DNA of 64,000 bases from Rhynchobatus australiae. Taxonomy: Eukaryota. Position 1 is the stretch's first letter; each line of letters opens with the position of its first letter. The position numbers were made by a program, and so were the translations under genes. The notes beneath the pieces are model-generated. The model saw only the letters and a list, made by a program, of their open reading frames with translations, was not told the origin of the DNA and ran no database searches. The stretch is taken from contig JAUZTB010000001.1 in assembly GCA_034780895.1 (NCBI GenBank), forward strand, positions 99,975,199 through 100,039,198, in the 5' to 3' direction. Shown here in pieces: positions 26,253 to 37,900 of the stretch.

Positions 26253-26666
26253 TTGACTTGCTGTAATACCTGCAGCTGTGGGTTACCAAATGAAGTGAAA
26301 TACAACATGTATTATTTCCTTAATTGTACTTTTCTCAAATACTCCATCACAGTTTTTCTTCCATTTACAGCAAATTTCCACTTCTTCATCCAATTTGTTC
26401 TTGCTGAATTCACTCTGATACCATGGATATTTCTCCAGTGTTGATTTGAACACATGATAATAGGCAGGCTATCTGACCACAGAAATATCATAACCTGAGG
26501 CCTTGGATTCAGAGTGAATTCAGCATGAGTAACAAATTGGATGACAAAATGGAAATTTGCAGCTAAAGGAAGAAATACTGTGACAAAGTATTTGAGAGAA
26601 GTACAATTAAGGAAATAATACATGTTGTAATTAACTTCATTTGCTGCAGATATTTCAGCATGTTAA
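26253..26666. repeat. Long imperfect inverted repeat (foldback)
   Basis: Arms ~26253-26423 and ~26504-26666 are reverse complements (e.g. tacaacatgtattatttccttaattgtact vs agtacaattaaggaaataatacatgttgta); ~80-nt spacer. Confidence 0.95.
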
Positions 26667-27944
26667 TTGAGCTATGGACACAAAATACTTTCAACAGAAT
26701 TTCAGATAAGGAAAATGAACACCGTGGCCACAACTGAAGTCGCAATCAAGCACATGCACAATCTTGGCATTGCAAATGTAAGCATGCTATTTCATGAACA
26801 TTCTTTAAAAAATCAAGTATTACCTATAAAGCAGTATAATGCAATAATAATTTTTCTGGCAAACATGATCTTTCCATTACCTAATACATTTTACTAATAA
26901 TATTAAAGCTTTCTATTCAGATGAAAAGGTAGACGATTCAATAGTTTACACAGTAATTTATCATTGAAGCCTTCAATTATCCTGAACTTCATTTATATTG
27001 AATTTCATTGCAAAAACAGAGGATATAAAAGTACACGGGTGCAGATTTTTAATTTCACCACTATCATGGCTAAACTGGCAGAGCGGTTTACCAATTTCTC
27101 CTGAATCATACATTCTGTTATTTTACCAATCAGATGACATAGAAGAAAATCTATTTCAGTATCTTATTACGATGATATGATCTGCAAAACACGGCAAATA
27201 CAAAGTATGCCAAACAATGTCTGACTGGCACTAAATGATTCACATGAAAGCCAATCAACTAAAATGACCAAAATTATCATCAACATAACTTTTTCTGCAA
27301 CTGTTTAATCAACTTATTCCTAACAAACACACATCAGGAATTAAGTTACAATTTTCAACAGCCAGAAAGTAGACCAATTACTAATCAAAGTGGGAACAAG
27401 AAAAGTATTGCTGTAAAATATTGTAAATCAATTAATTAGCACCTCATGAATCTGTAATGATCTGAAGTGAAACAACTTGTGAAGCTTTAAGGGACAGCTG
27501 TGATACAAATATTTAATTAACTTCCATGATTTACCACATCAGGGACCAAGAATTAGCACTTAATTTCTTTTTAAAAATATGAAATCCATCACTGCCCTGC
27601 ATGGAGATCATGCAAATTGTTTCTAAGATTCACAGTGAGGTAATTAACAAATTAAGGATGTCAAATCCAGACCACAGTACGCTGGCTTTTCTGTAAGTCA
27701 CATGTGTCCTGAAGGTCCTGATGTTATGTTATTACACATTGGAACACCAAGGCTCAGCAGAAACAAAATGCAGGAATGTCGGTGAGTGACAGCCAGGATT
27801 TGGCCTTAGATTACCTGTATGGCTGACTTAAACTGCATTTTGTGTCTTGTGCACCATGGCGGCCATTTGGTACTGAGTGCAGGGAGCTTCACATCCTGAA
27901 TTTACATTGGAAGCTCCAGCACTGAGCCAGGCTGAGAGGAGAAC

Positions 27945-28025
27945 AATGCCCAGAAGGCTGTAATGTGTTAGAAGATGAGATGCTGTTCCTCAAACTCATG
28001 TTGGGCTTCATTGGAATAGTGTCCA
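27945..28025 (-). mobile_element. Penelope-like ORF C-terminal fragment
   Basis: gctgtaatgtgttagaagatgagatgctgttcctcaaactcatgttgggcttcattggaatagtgt parallels 28920-28990 (LEEQHLIF motif on minus). Confidence 0.55.
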
Positions 28026-28399
28026 AGGAAGCTACTGTCAGTTCCAGGAGACTCCCAGACATTCCAGGAACGCTGACAGCTTGAAAGGAAAGGTTAAATT
28101 GTCAAATTTGTGAAAGCATATATGAAAGACAAGTCCAACAATGCCTCACTAACCTGCGACATGTATTTATCTGGAGTAAGAAATCTCCCTAAATACCAAA
28201 TTTAATTCCTGCTTATAGTTTTGAAACTAAGAACTCAGTCCTTCCTCATGCAAAAACATATTTCTAACAGAAGGGAATGTAAGGTAAGCTAGGAATAAAT
28301 CTGGGAAGTTGGATGTGCAGAATAATGGGAAAGTGTTTAGGACTTGGACTGGTTAAGTAACAAATTGTACAGCTTACAGTGAGGAGTCATACAGTTATT

Positions 28400-29010
28400 A
28401 AAACAAAACAGAACATGTGAGAAATGCTCGGCAGATCAGGCAGCATCCGAGGAGAGAAATAAACAGAGTTAACACTTCAGTTTTGATGACAGGTTGTCAA
28501 CCGAAGGCAAAAAATCAAACACATTTAAAATTGCTGATAAGGGGGAGGGATGGAGAGGAAAGAAATGACTGGGATCGGATGGGACTGAGCCAGACTGAAT
28601 GACACAACTGATGGTGATGGTAGGTGAAAGAGGACTGTGAAGTCTTGTTAATCTCAGGTTCGGTGGATATGTAAATTGAAAGAAATAGATGAATAGGAGA
28701 TATGAGAAAAAGAAATGCAGAACTGAGAGATAAAATACAGTTAATCTGAAATAAAACACAGAGTACTGGAAGTACTCAGCAATTCAGGCAGCATCTGAAG
28801 AGAGCGAAAAACAGAGTTATTATTACTGGTTGATGACCTTTCATCGGAACTGGCCAGTTCCAACAAAAACTGGAAATGCTGGTAATCTGAAATTGTTGAA
28901 TTCATTGTTGAGTCCTGAGGGCTGTAATCTGTTGGAAGATGACATACTGTTCCTCAGGTTTATGCTGGGTTTCATTGGAACAGTGTAAGAGGCCAACAAT
29001 AGAGAGGTCA
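28400..29010 (-). mobile_element. Penelope-like element 3' region: GIY-YIG C-terminus plus tandem pLTR fragments
   Basis: Minus strand reads GLLHCSNETQHKPEEQYVIF / LQPSGLNNEFNNFR, followed by two pLTR-like blocks. Confidence 0.7.
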
Positions 29011-29214
29011 GAGTTGGAAAAGGACAGAGAAATAAAATGACATTTGTTCGGAAGGAAGGAACAGATGAAGTGATCACTAAATTACAAATAATACTGAACA
29101 GCAGATGCACACATTTATAGAGAACAGAAACCAAGTTTGCTGAACTGAATAATATGGATGGGAGACTTTCAAACATCTTTCATTAATTGCATAGCTAAAC
29201 ACAGATGTCTAAAG

Positions 29215-30530
29215 TTTAACATAAAACTGTTCAGCACAGGAACAGGCCCTTTGGCCCACCGTGTCTGTGCTGACCAGAATGCCAATCTAAACCGATCCCA
29301 TCTGCCTGCACGTGGTCTGTATCCCTCCATTCCTTGTCTGTTCATGTGTCTGTCTGAACGCCTCTTAAACATCACTATGTATCTGCTTCTACCACCTCCC
29401 CTAGCAGCATGTTCCAGGCACCAACTACCCTGTGTAAACAAAAACTTGCCTTGTAAGTCTCACCTTAAACCTATGCCCTCTGGTATTTGATATTTCCACC
29501 CTAGTAAAAGACTCTGACTATTTGCCCTATCAATGCCACTCATACTTTTATGTACTCCTATCAGGTCACCTGCTCCAGAGAAAACAATCGAAGTTTGTCC
29601 AACTGCCCCATTTTCGCCCCCCTCCACTCCTTGTTCCACCCACCTACTACCCACACACTTCACCCAATGGATCCCCTCCTCTATCTGGTTATATCTGCCC
29701 TTCATTCTTCATCCAATGGTTCCCATCGTCACCGTACTTACTGAGCAGATACCAGCACTTGTAGCCGTGGTGCCCCCACTTGTCAACCTCCAGCCTCTGT
29801 CTCCGCTTTCACCCTCCCCTCCCCACACCTGGATCCATTTGTCTCTTTTGCCCTTGTCTGCTTCTACCCATCACCTGCCTGCTTCTATCTCCCACCTCCA
29901 CCCGGCTCCTTCTGTCCATCATCCCTCGCCCTTCCTCAGTCCACCGCTCACCTACCAGCCCTCGTCTCACGCCGCTCCCTCTCCGCTTTATACCAGCTAT
30001 CTTCCCTACCCACTCTCAGTCCTGATGCAGGGTTTCAACCTGAAATGTTGAAAATTCCTTATTTGCGCCCCTCCCCCCCCATAGATGCTGCTCAACCTGC
30101 TGAGTTCCTCCAGCAGTTTATTTTTTGCCCAATCTCTCCTTATAGCCAATACACTCCAATCCANNNNNNNNNNNNNNNNNNNNNNNNNNNNNNNNNNNNN
30201 NNNNNNNNNNNNNNNNNNNNNNNNNNNNNNNNNNNNNNNNNNNNNNNNNNNNNNNNNNNNNNNCTCCAATCCAGGCAACCTGGTGAACCTTTCCTGCAGC
30301 CTCTCCAAAGCCTCCACATCTTTCCCAAAATGAGGTGACCAGAACTGCATCCAGTATTCCAAATGTGGCCTCACCAAAGTTTTATACAGTTGCAATGTGA
30401 CTTGCCAACTTTTATACCCATTGCCCCGGCTGATGAAGGCAAGTATGCTACAGGCCTTCTTCACCACTCCATCTACTTGTTTTGCCACTTACAGGGAACT
30501 NNNNNNNNNNGATTGCACCCCAAGATCTCT
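29215..30530 (-). mobile_element. CR1 LINE 3' portion interrupted by an oppositely oriented Penelope-like pLTR (~29600-30130)
   Basis: ORF 30006-30488 QVDGVVKKACSILAFISRG..YKSWQVTLQLYKTLVRPHLEYWMQFWSPH; tail 29215-29590; C-rich insert ending cagtcctgatgcagggtttcaacctgaaatgttg...gatgctgctcaacctgctgagttcctccagc. Confidence 0.88.
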
Positions 30531-30649
30531 CTGCACATCATGAGCAGATATAAAATGATGAAACTTGAAGGTCATGTGATCAAATCAATGGCTACACTTT
30601 AAAGATTCAGGCACAGTGTAAAGGAGTTGAAGATGATGCAAACTGTGAC

Positions 30650-31150
30650 ATGAGGATTTATTTTCTGTTTGTGTAAAAGTAGGATAATGTTGGTGTGATC
30701 TTGTTTAGAGTACTGTGGACTATTTTGACCCCCACCTCAAGAAAAGCATGTGGATCATGAGAAGATACAAAGGATGGAAATAAGGGTGATCTCTGGCTTA
30801 TGTGTATTAAGAAATACCGAGTCTTAGAATTAGATTTGTTGGAGATGCACAGAAATAGAGGGGATTTGATCCAAGTCTCTAAAGTCAGTAAAGACATTAA
30901 TTACATGCAAGTGGACTGTTTGAGGTGATGGGCCAATTAAAACCAGGAGTCACCCAATAAATTGAAGAAAACAGGTAATGAAGTTTAATTTGACTGAACA
31001 ACAGGATTCCAAAGGTTATTATGTGGCTCTTCAGGAAACTACAAGACATGTTGCGGAAATCTATAAGACCGACTGTGAAGAGAGATATTGCATGCATAAA
31101 GTCAACAAGTTAGGGAGTGCTGGTCATCCATGAAGAATCCTTTACAAAGC
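30650..31150 (+). mobile_element. Old CR1 ORF2 C-terminal remnant
   Basis: ttagagtactgtggactattttgacccccacctcaagaaaag (LEYC..F..PHL.K) and agagggatttgatccaagtctctaaa (RGDLIQV.K). Confidence 0.6.
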
Positions 31151-34100
31151 AAATGGCTATTGCTTTTGTTGTCTTTTCCTTGAGATATTGATAAAGAAAC
31201 ATAAAATGAGTCTTGAGAGAAATTAAGTCAAGTTTATGGGTTTGCCATCTTTTTCATCTTGAAACCATAAAGTAAATAATCATTAAATGAGTGGAATTTG
31301 CAGACAAGTTAAAAAGCTCATGAAATTGATAACATTATAATGAACCCTTTTTTAAAATTTGTCAATGACAGACATTCCTTATGTTTTTGGAAGAGCATCA
31401 GAACAGGTTTCAATCACTCATGTTTAAAGCCTTGCTAAATTTGCAGCAACAGATGATTTGAAACATTTGCATGCATGAATTGTACTTGACAAAGTATTTC
31501 CCAGAAATCAATTGCAAAATACTGTCCATTGTTAAAAATACACCAGTAATTATTTACGCACTGTTATCTTTGGGAGAGGTAAGGTATGGGAGCACTTTGT
31601 AAACAGGGATAGAAAGTTCAGTCAATGCAACAATGTCATCTTGGACTTCAAACTATGACTACAAGATCCTTGAGTTTTGCTAATTAACAACTTACAATTA
31701 TGTGGTAAATCAAAAACGATATGATACAGATACCAGAAATTTGAAATAAAAACAGAAAATGCTAGAAATACTGAGCTGGTCGGGCAGCAGCTGTGGAGAG
31801 AAGTTAATGATTCAGTTCAAAGTTCTTTCATTATATTACACTGCCCTTTTTAATAAAGCAAAAGATCCCAAAGTGCTTTATAGATTTGCAATGAGAAAGT
31901 GTGTACTGACTCAAGAATAACCTTGTGAGGGCACGTGCGTAAGCTATAAAGTCTTTTCAGGACAATCCTGGAAAAATGGTTAATTTTTCCAGAACAATTT
32001 TGAAGAGTGATGACTGACAGTGAATATTGAAACAAGTTGTATTTTTGAAAAGGATAGGTAGTTGTGGTTTTGAAAATGCAATTATCAATAAAATGCAGGA
32101 CTCACCGCAGTCCAGGGACTAATGCAGAAGAAAACACTTGGTAGGAATTAGAGGATGATGGAAAATGTGAGGAATAATACAGGAAAATGGTTAAAATTGG
32201 CCATGTCAGAGTATAAGCCATCTTAACCTTNNNNNNNNNNNNNNNNNNNNNNNNNNNNNNNNNNNNNNNNNNNNNNNNNNNNNNNNNNNNNNNNNNNNNN
32301 NNNNNNNNNNNNNNNNNNNNNNNNNNNNNNNNNNNNNNNNNNNNNNNNNNNNNNNNNNNNNNNNNNNNNNNNNNNNNACCATGATGAATCATGTGGGAGA
32401 GATATACTTCACTTCATGTCCGACTCAGAGTAATGCAGGAACCAAAGGGACAACAATTACTGCAGTAATCAGCTGAGATGTGAAGGCATCAACTAAAGAA
32501 CAATATCTACAATATCATACATCAGGTGAAATAACATAAAACACAATCAGAGAAGGCTCGCAATCATCAAAGTCAACTCAAAATGGATTACAACTGCAAA
32601 TTGGTAGTAAACTTATAGAAATTGCAAAAGAATAAAGACATATTGAGAAAGCAAAAGATTGCAAAGCATGTCTCTAATAGCATAGGAAAGAACAACTTAG
32701 AAATATTCATAAGGACAAAAGTTGCAATGGGAAGCTCAAAGCNNNNNNNNNNNNNACCTAGAAGTCAGGCAGTATAAAACTGAAGTATTTGTTTTTCTCT
32801 TTTGGTAATATACAATGGAAGCAATTATAATTCTGCAGTCCAATTTCAATAGTTCCTCTTCCATTCCTTCTTACATACTGTGTCTTTTTTTAAATAGTTG
32901 CTGGATATAGTTCAGTCCTCCATCACATTCCATTCTACTTCTCTGGAGAGTTGTCATTGTATCAAATCATTACACAAAATCCTTCAGCAGTTTCTCTGGA
33001 TTTTGGCCAAAAATCACAGAGATAGACATTTTAAAATGTTAAATGCTGGTCCATTTTAGAATAAATATGCCTGGCTGAATTTTTAGAGATAAAAATCACA
33101 TTCTTACTTGAAGGAAGGTGCCATCTGATAGGATGAATCATCTGATCAAGTTTCTGTAAAAATATATGGCATTTAGATAACTTGTCAGATGTTCCATTTA
33201 ATAATGCTTTCATTCAAGAACAGTTTTTATAAAAATCTGTTTAATTCATAGTTATTGACAGTACTTTCAGACACAATGTTTGCCACAGTTCACGCAAAAG
33301 TGATAATGAGACAATCTGGTGAAAACCCAATAAATGCAGTTCAAATTACCACACAGCTAAACATAGTGTCATGGTAAATGCACTGTTTATAGCACTGAAT
33401 AGAGCAAGAGAGACTGCACAAATGTCCAAGTAAAACAAAACACTTTCGCTCCTCTGAAGTTAGCAAAAATCAGCATGTGATCAGTACGTACACAATTCAT
33501 TTCTCTATTCATACTGTGTGAACAGATTTCAGTCAAAATGGCAGTAGAAAGTCCATGCATTATCTTGAGAACGGGATTCACAGTCTCCCTTCCCCTTCCT
33601 GCATCCTTCATAATAAAATTAACTCCCTGCAAAGAACTGCGAGTTACTTGAAAATAGCATTGGAGAATCCCAGCACAGTTGGTACTCCTTAAAGCAGTGA
33701 TAAAGAAAATTCACTTGATTTTACAGAACAGGAATAGTATAGCATTTAGAATTTGTATATTTAATTTACTTGCGAAGGAGTTCTTACTCTGTAGGACTTG
33801 TGAAGGGAACCCAATAATTAGTGTAAATTGTTCAGTTTAATTTGCTAGTGCAAAGAGTCCATCAATAGCTTCAACTTTATCAGCAGATGTTCAATAAAAA
33901 CAATGTTTGGAACTATTGATATTATCACATACTCATTAGTCAGCTCACACTCTGCTTGCTCTGCTTTCACAGGAGCCTTAAATGGCACAGATTCCAAGTC
34001 TCATCGGTTGCCAGTTAAATCATCGCACATGTGAGTACAAGAATACAAAATGAGATAGCCGCAGTACTCGCTGCACCTCAGAGATTGTTCAGCTGACGTA

Positions 34101-34846
34101 ATGCGCTACTGCAGGCAAAGTGACTCTCATAGGAAGGAAACCTCCAAGATAACATGCCAAAATAGTTTTATCCTTAAGTTATCCTAAGATGAATGGATTC
34201 AATATTTGTATTAGATTGAAACTTTACATACCACTTGCTGGATTTACCGACGTGACAGTAATCACTGCACTTCAAAATAACTTAGTGAATGTGTAATGTT
34301 TCCAAATGTTACTAAGATATATAACACTACATGAGTATGGCAGGATCTGCAATTTCCCAACTAATTTTCTCTTATCCAAAAATACCAAGATTTAAGGTAG
34401 ACTGATGTGTTTCCTGAAGGTGGCCAGGGTAATGATGCAAAGAATTAAAGATGGTGACTTCCAATCGTGGTGATCCTCTGGAACTTGGTTGACTGCCTTC
34501 AGGGGTTGGATAAAAATTCCCTAGAGGTTTATTTCCTAAAATCGTTTCAGGTTTTTTACCTCCTTATTCAGGAGGTTGCTGGCTGATGAAAAGAGGGCAG
34601 GATTATGGTGGGGTTTATGGTGGGGATTATGACAGCTTGTCAGCAAGGAACGGCCACAATAGACCACCAGGTCTGAGTTGTTTTTTTATATTCATAGCAT
34701 TGAGGAACTAAACAGCCAACAGGGGCATTGATGAAGCTTTCTCAATATTACAGAAACAGTGGGTTAAAAAGATTCCCCTGCATCTGATTTCCATGTGAGT
34801 CCTTCGTGTGAATTCTTGGGGTCATTAATGAATGCTTCCTACTCAC

Positions 34847-34949
34847 CAACAAATCCTGGATAGGGGTTGGCTTGGGAGTAGATGCTCTTCCTGTCTTCTT
34901 TGGTAAGGTAGCTTCTTGTTTGGAAGAAGGTTCATGACCTTTACATACT
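34847..34949 (-). other. Candidate frameshifting cassette exon in NOVA1 intron 2
   Basis: uuuucuugugguuguuuuauuuuuaaag| acceptor, purine-rich body (ACAAGAAG, GAAGACAGGAAGAG), UUG|gugagu donor; 103 nt. Confidence 0.3.
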
Positions 34950-37900
34950 CTTTAAAAATAAAACAACCACAAGAAAACCACAAACTAATATAGTTATTAG
35001 TTTAGGAGGGATTGAAGAAGATACATTCTTGAGGTTTCACGAAAGCTTTGTAGTAACTGCCTCATGACAAACAGTTGTATTATTTTGAGATGGTGAAGAA
35101 ATGTCTCATGTTGATCTTTGGACCGTGAGATTTGATGATTATTTCATTTTGGGATTGGCTTTGTGATATTTGAGTTTAGGACTTCCTGAGGCAAAACTCA
35201 GGGGAGAAGGCAGACGCAAAAATAGAACTGTTTAACACTACCACAGCCATTATTTATTCACAATTTCAAAGAACAGTAATTCTTAATGAATGCCTCAGAT
35301 TTAGTGCATATCAAAATCAATAGCTGTGCAAATTAAAACATTTTACAACAGAAGTAGTATTGGAAACTGAAATTACATAGTACCTGGTTTAAAGGACAAT
35401 GACCAATATCCTGCTCAATCCATCCATTGCCCCTGCTATTTCTTGGGCTGGACACACTTTTGGTGATCCTGTGAGTGTAACTGCTCTGATAGACTTGCTG
35501 CCAGGGTCATCTCATGAACTGGATTGGACTGTGAGCAGCGACTGGGTCTCAGACATTAAGTCCTGAGGGCATCTTGCCCAAATCATGCCTGATGACCCTA
35601 CAACAAATCCCAATTGACAAAGACCTTTTAACAATTTTGAAATGTTTCTGATCAGAGGTGTGTAGAAATCTATTGTATTAAAAATAAATACAAAATACAG
35701 AAATAAGAAAGTGCGTAGATTGTGTTTAAATGGAAAAAAAAGATTAAAAAATATACAGTCAAGAGTGTGCTACATACACCAGCCATCCCTTCTGCATCTG
35801 GTCCCTCACTTCTCCCGGACTCATGCTGAGTTCAGTGATGGATGGGGGGATCAGATGTGACTTCCAGCTTATTTCTTCTAACTTTGGTATTGGAATGTGT
35901 GCAAACAGAATTCAGGAATGAGCTGGTATGTGCACGGCAGCTCGTTGAAGGTCGGCAAGATTCACTAAGTAGATCAGAATGTGTTTTGTAATGAGGAACT
36001 TTGAGCACAATGCCTAGTGTTGATCCACTGACATTGTGGAAGTAACTGTGAACAATTTTCCAAAAGGAACTGTTAGCAACGTTAACAACTTCACATAATC
36101 TTGAAAAAGACAACAGGAAAATAAACAGTCACCCAGAGCAAATTCAGTGAGGCAAGACTGGTTTTGGATCAAGAGGAATTCTGCTGTGCAACTGCCTCTT
36201 TAAGCAAACAATGTATTTTGAGAGTTACTCCAGGAAGATATCAATGTCACTGAGTGCATTCAACAGCTCTAGGTTTAACCACAGTAAAAATAAATAAATA
36301 CAGCCACAGAATAAAATGTGGCTGTATTTACAGTGAAGCTGCTACCTTTATCTAGAAATAAATATTCTTAATTCTTTCAGATTGTTCATCAAGCAAACCT
36401 TGAGAAGGGGGTGCCGACCCAGATGTCTCANNNNNNNNNNNNNNNNNNNNNNNNNNNNNNNNNNNNNNNNNNNNNNNNNNNNNNNNNNNNNNNNNNNNNN
36501 NNNNNNNNNNNNNNNNNNNNNNNNNNNNNNNNNNNNNNNNNNNAGTGCCAATTTTGTATTTCTTTGAGATTAATGCAATACTTCAAAGGTGTGAATTAGT
36601 GATGGCTGAGCAAAACCACAAAGGACTGAGAAATTGCTATTTTGATTTTATTAAATATTGTACATGCCATCCCTCACCAAGAGAAAAGGCCAGACATTTG
36701 CTCCCAAGATTCTGCATACATCTCCAAAAAGGGCCAAGCACATCTTTCATACAGACTTTCCCATACTCCCTATGGCCTTTGGAGTAGTATTGATGTGAAA
36801 CATTCCCTCTGGAGAATTTCAGGCATGGAGCAATGTCAAACACACTCCACAACTGCATCATAATGCTCAGCACGCTGTACTGCTTAATTTAACCACATAT
36901 TCATTTTGAGTAATCCTATTGAATAGCTTCAATATTGATCCTGATTCACAATTGCAATGATTCAAGTCCTCCTTTGGGCATATTCCAATTCAATGGGGCA
37001 GCTTTTGCCTGAGTTTTCGGTGGAAATTAGTTGAAGTTTATATGATAACTGAGTTTTAATGGCTCTGTGTCTACCTTTTAAACTTGAAGATTGGCAAACA
37101 TCATGCTGAATATAATGTAAGCTCCCATAACCCTGAAGGTGAAGTTTGTTTTCAGATCATGTTGCAATAAGAGTTGTTGAACTTATTAATGAAAATCAGA
37201 AACATTTGTTTATATTGATCTGGATTCTTGTATTAACCTATTAGGTTCCCACAGATGCAAAAGGCATAACAGTTCATCAAAGAATCCAAATCTTCATCAC
37301 TATATGTAGAGAAGGCGACCTTGTAAAAACAAATTGCCTTTCAACAAAAACCTCATTAGCTGAGAACATTTAAGGTTTTGCAGACTTGCATTGTGAATTG
37401 GTCAGAGAGAGAATTACTTTCTCTTGAACACTTAAATTCATAGCATTCTCTGCCAAAGGTAACAATGAGCTGGAACCTGGTGTGAAGTGCTGGAAATTCT
37501 GTGCCGGATTGCCATGATTCACCCAGGTTAAGTATCAAGGAGTTCAGGATTCCCACACTAAATGCACAAGTTCCAAACTTGCGGCCGAGCTCAGATGGCA
37601 ATTTCCCAGCTGTTCTCTGGTGTTGGATTCCGTATGGAGTTCAGCAGTGGAGTACACTAGCTGCAGTACCCCTGTTATTACCCTGGGGAATCCATCTGCT
37701 GAACTTGTGCCTGATTAGACCATGGGCAAGAACAGTGAGCTTGTTCATTTGAAAGAAGAGTAATGGCTATGAGGGAGAAGTGTAAGTATAATGGTAATAA
37801 CAATGATTTTGAATTAATTGATGTTGCTTTAATATTTTTAATTATTTCTGTTTTCAAGTGTTTTAAGTAATTTTTGTAATGTGCTGGTTGCTTATTGTAT

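Noticed and set aside
29533-30051. 172-aa Pro/Ser/His-rich ORF
   Set aside because: Low-complexity C-rich Penelope pLTR sequence with no recognisable domain
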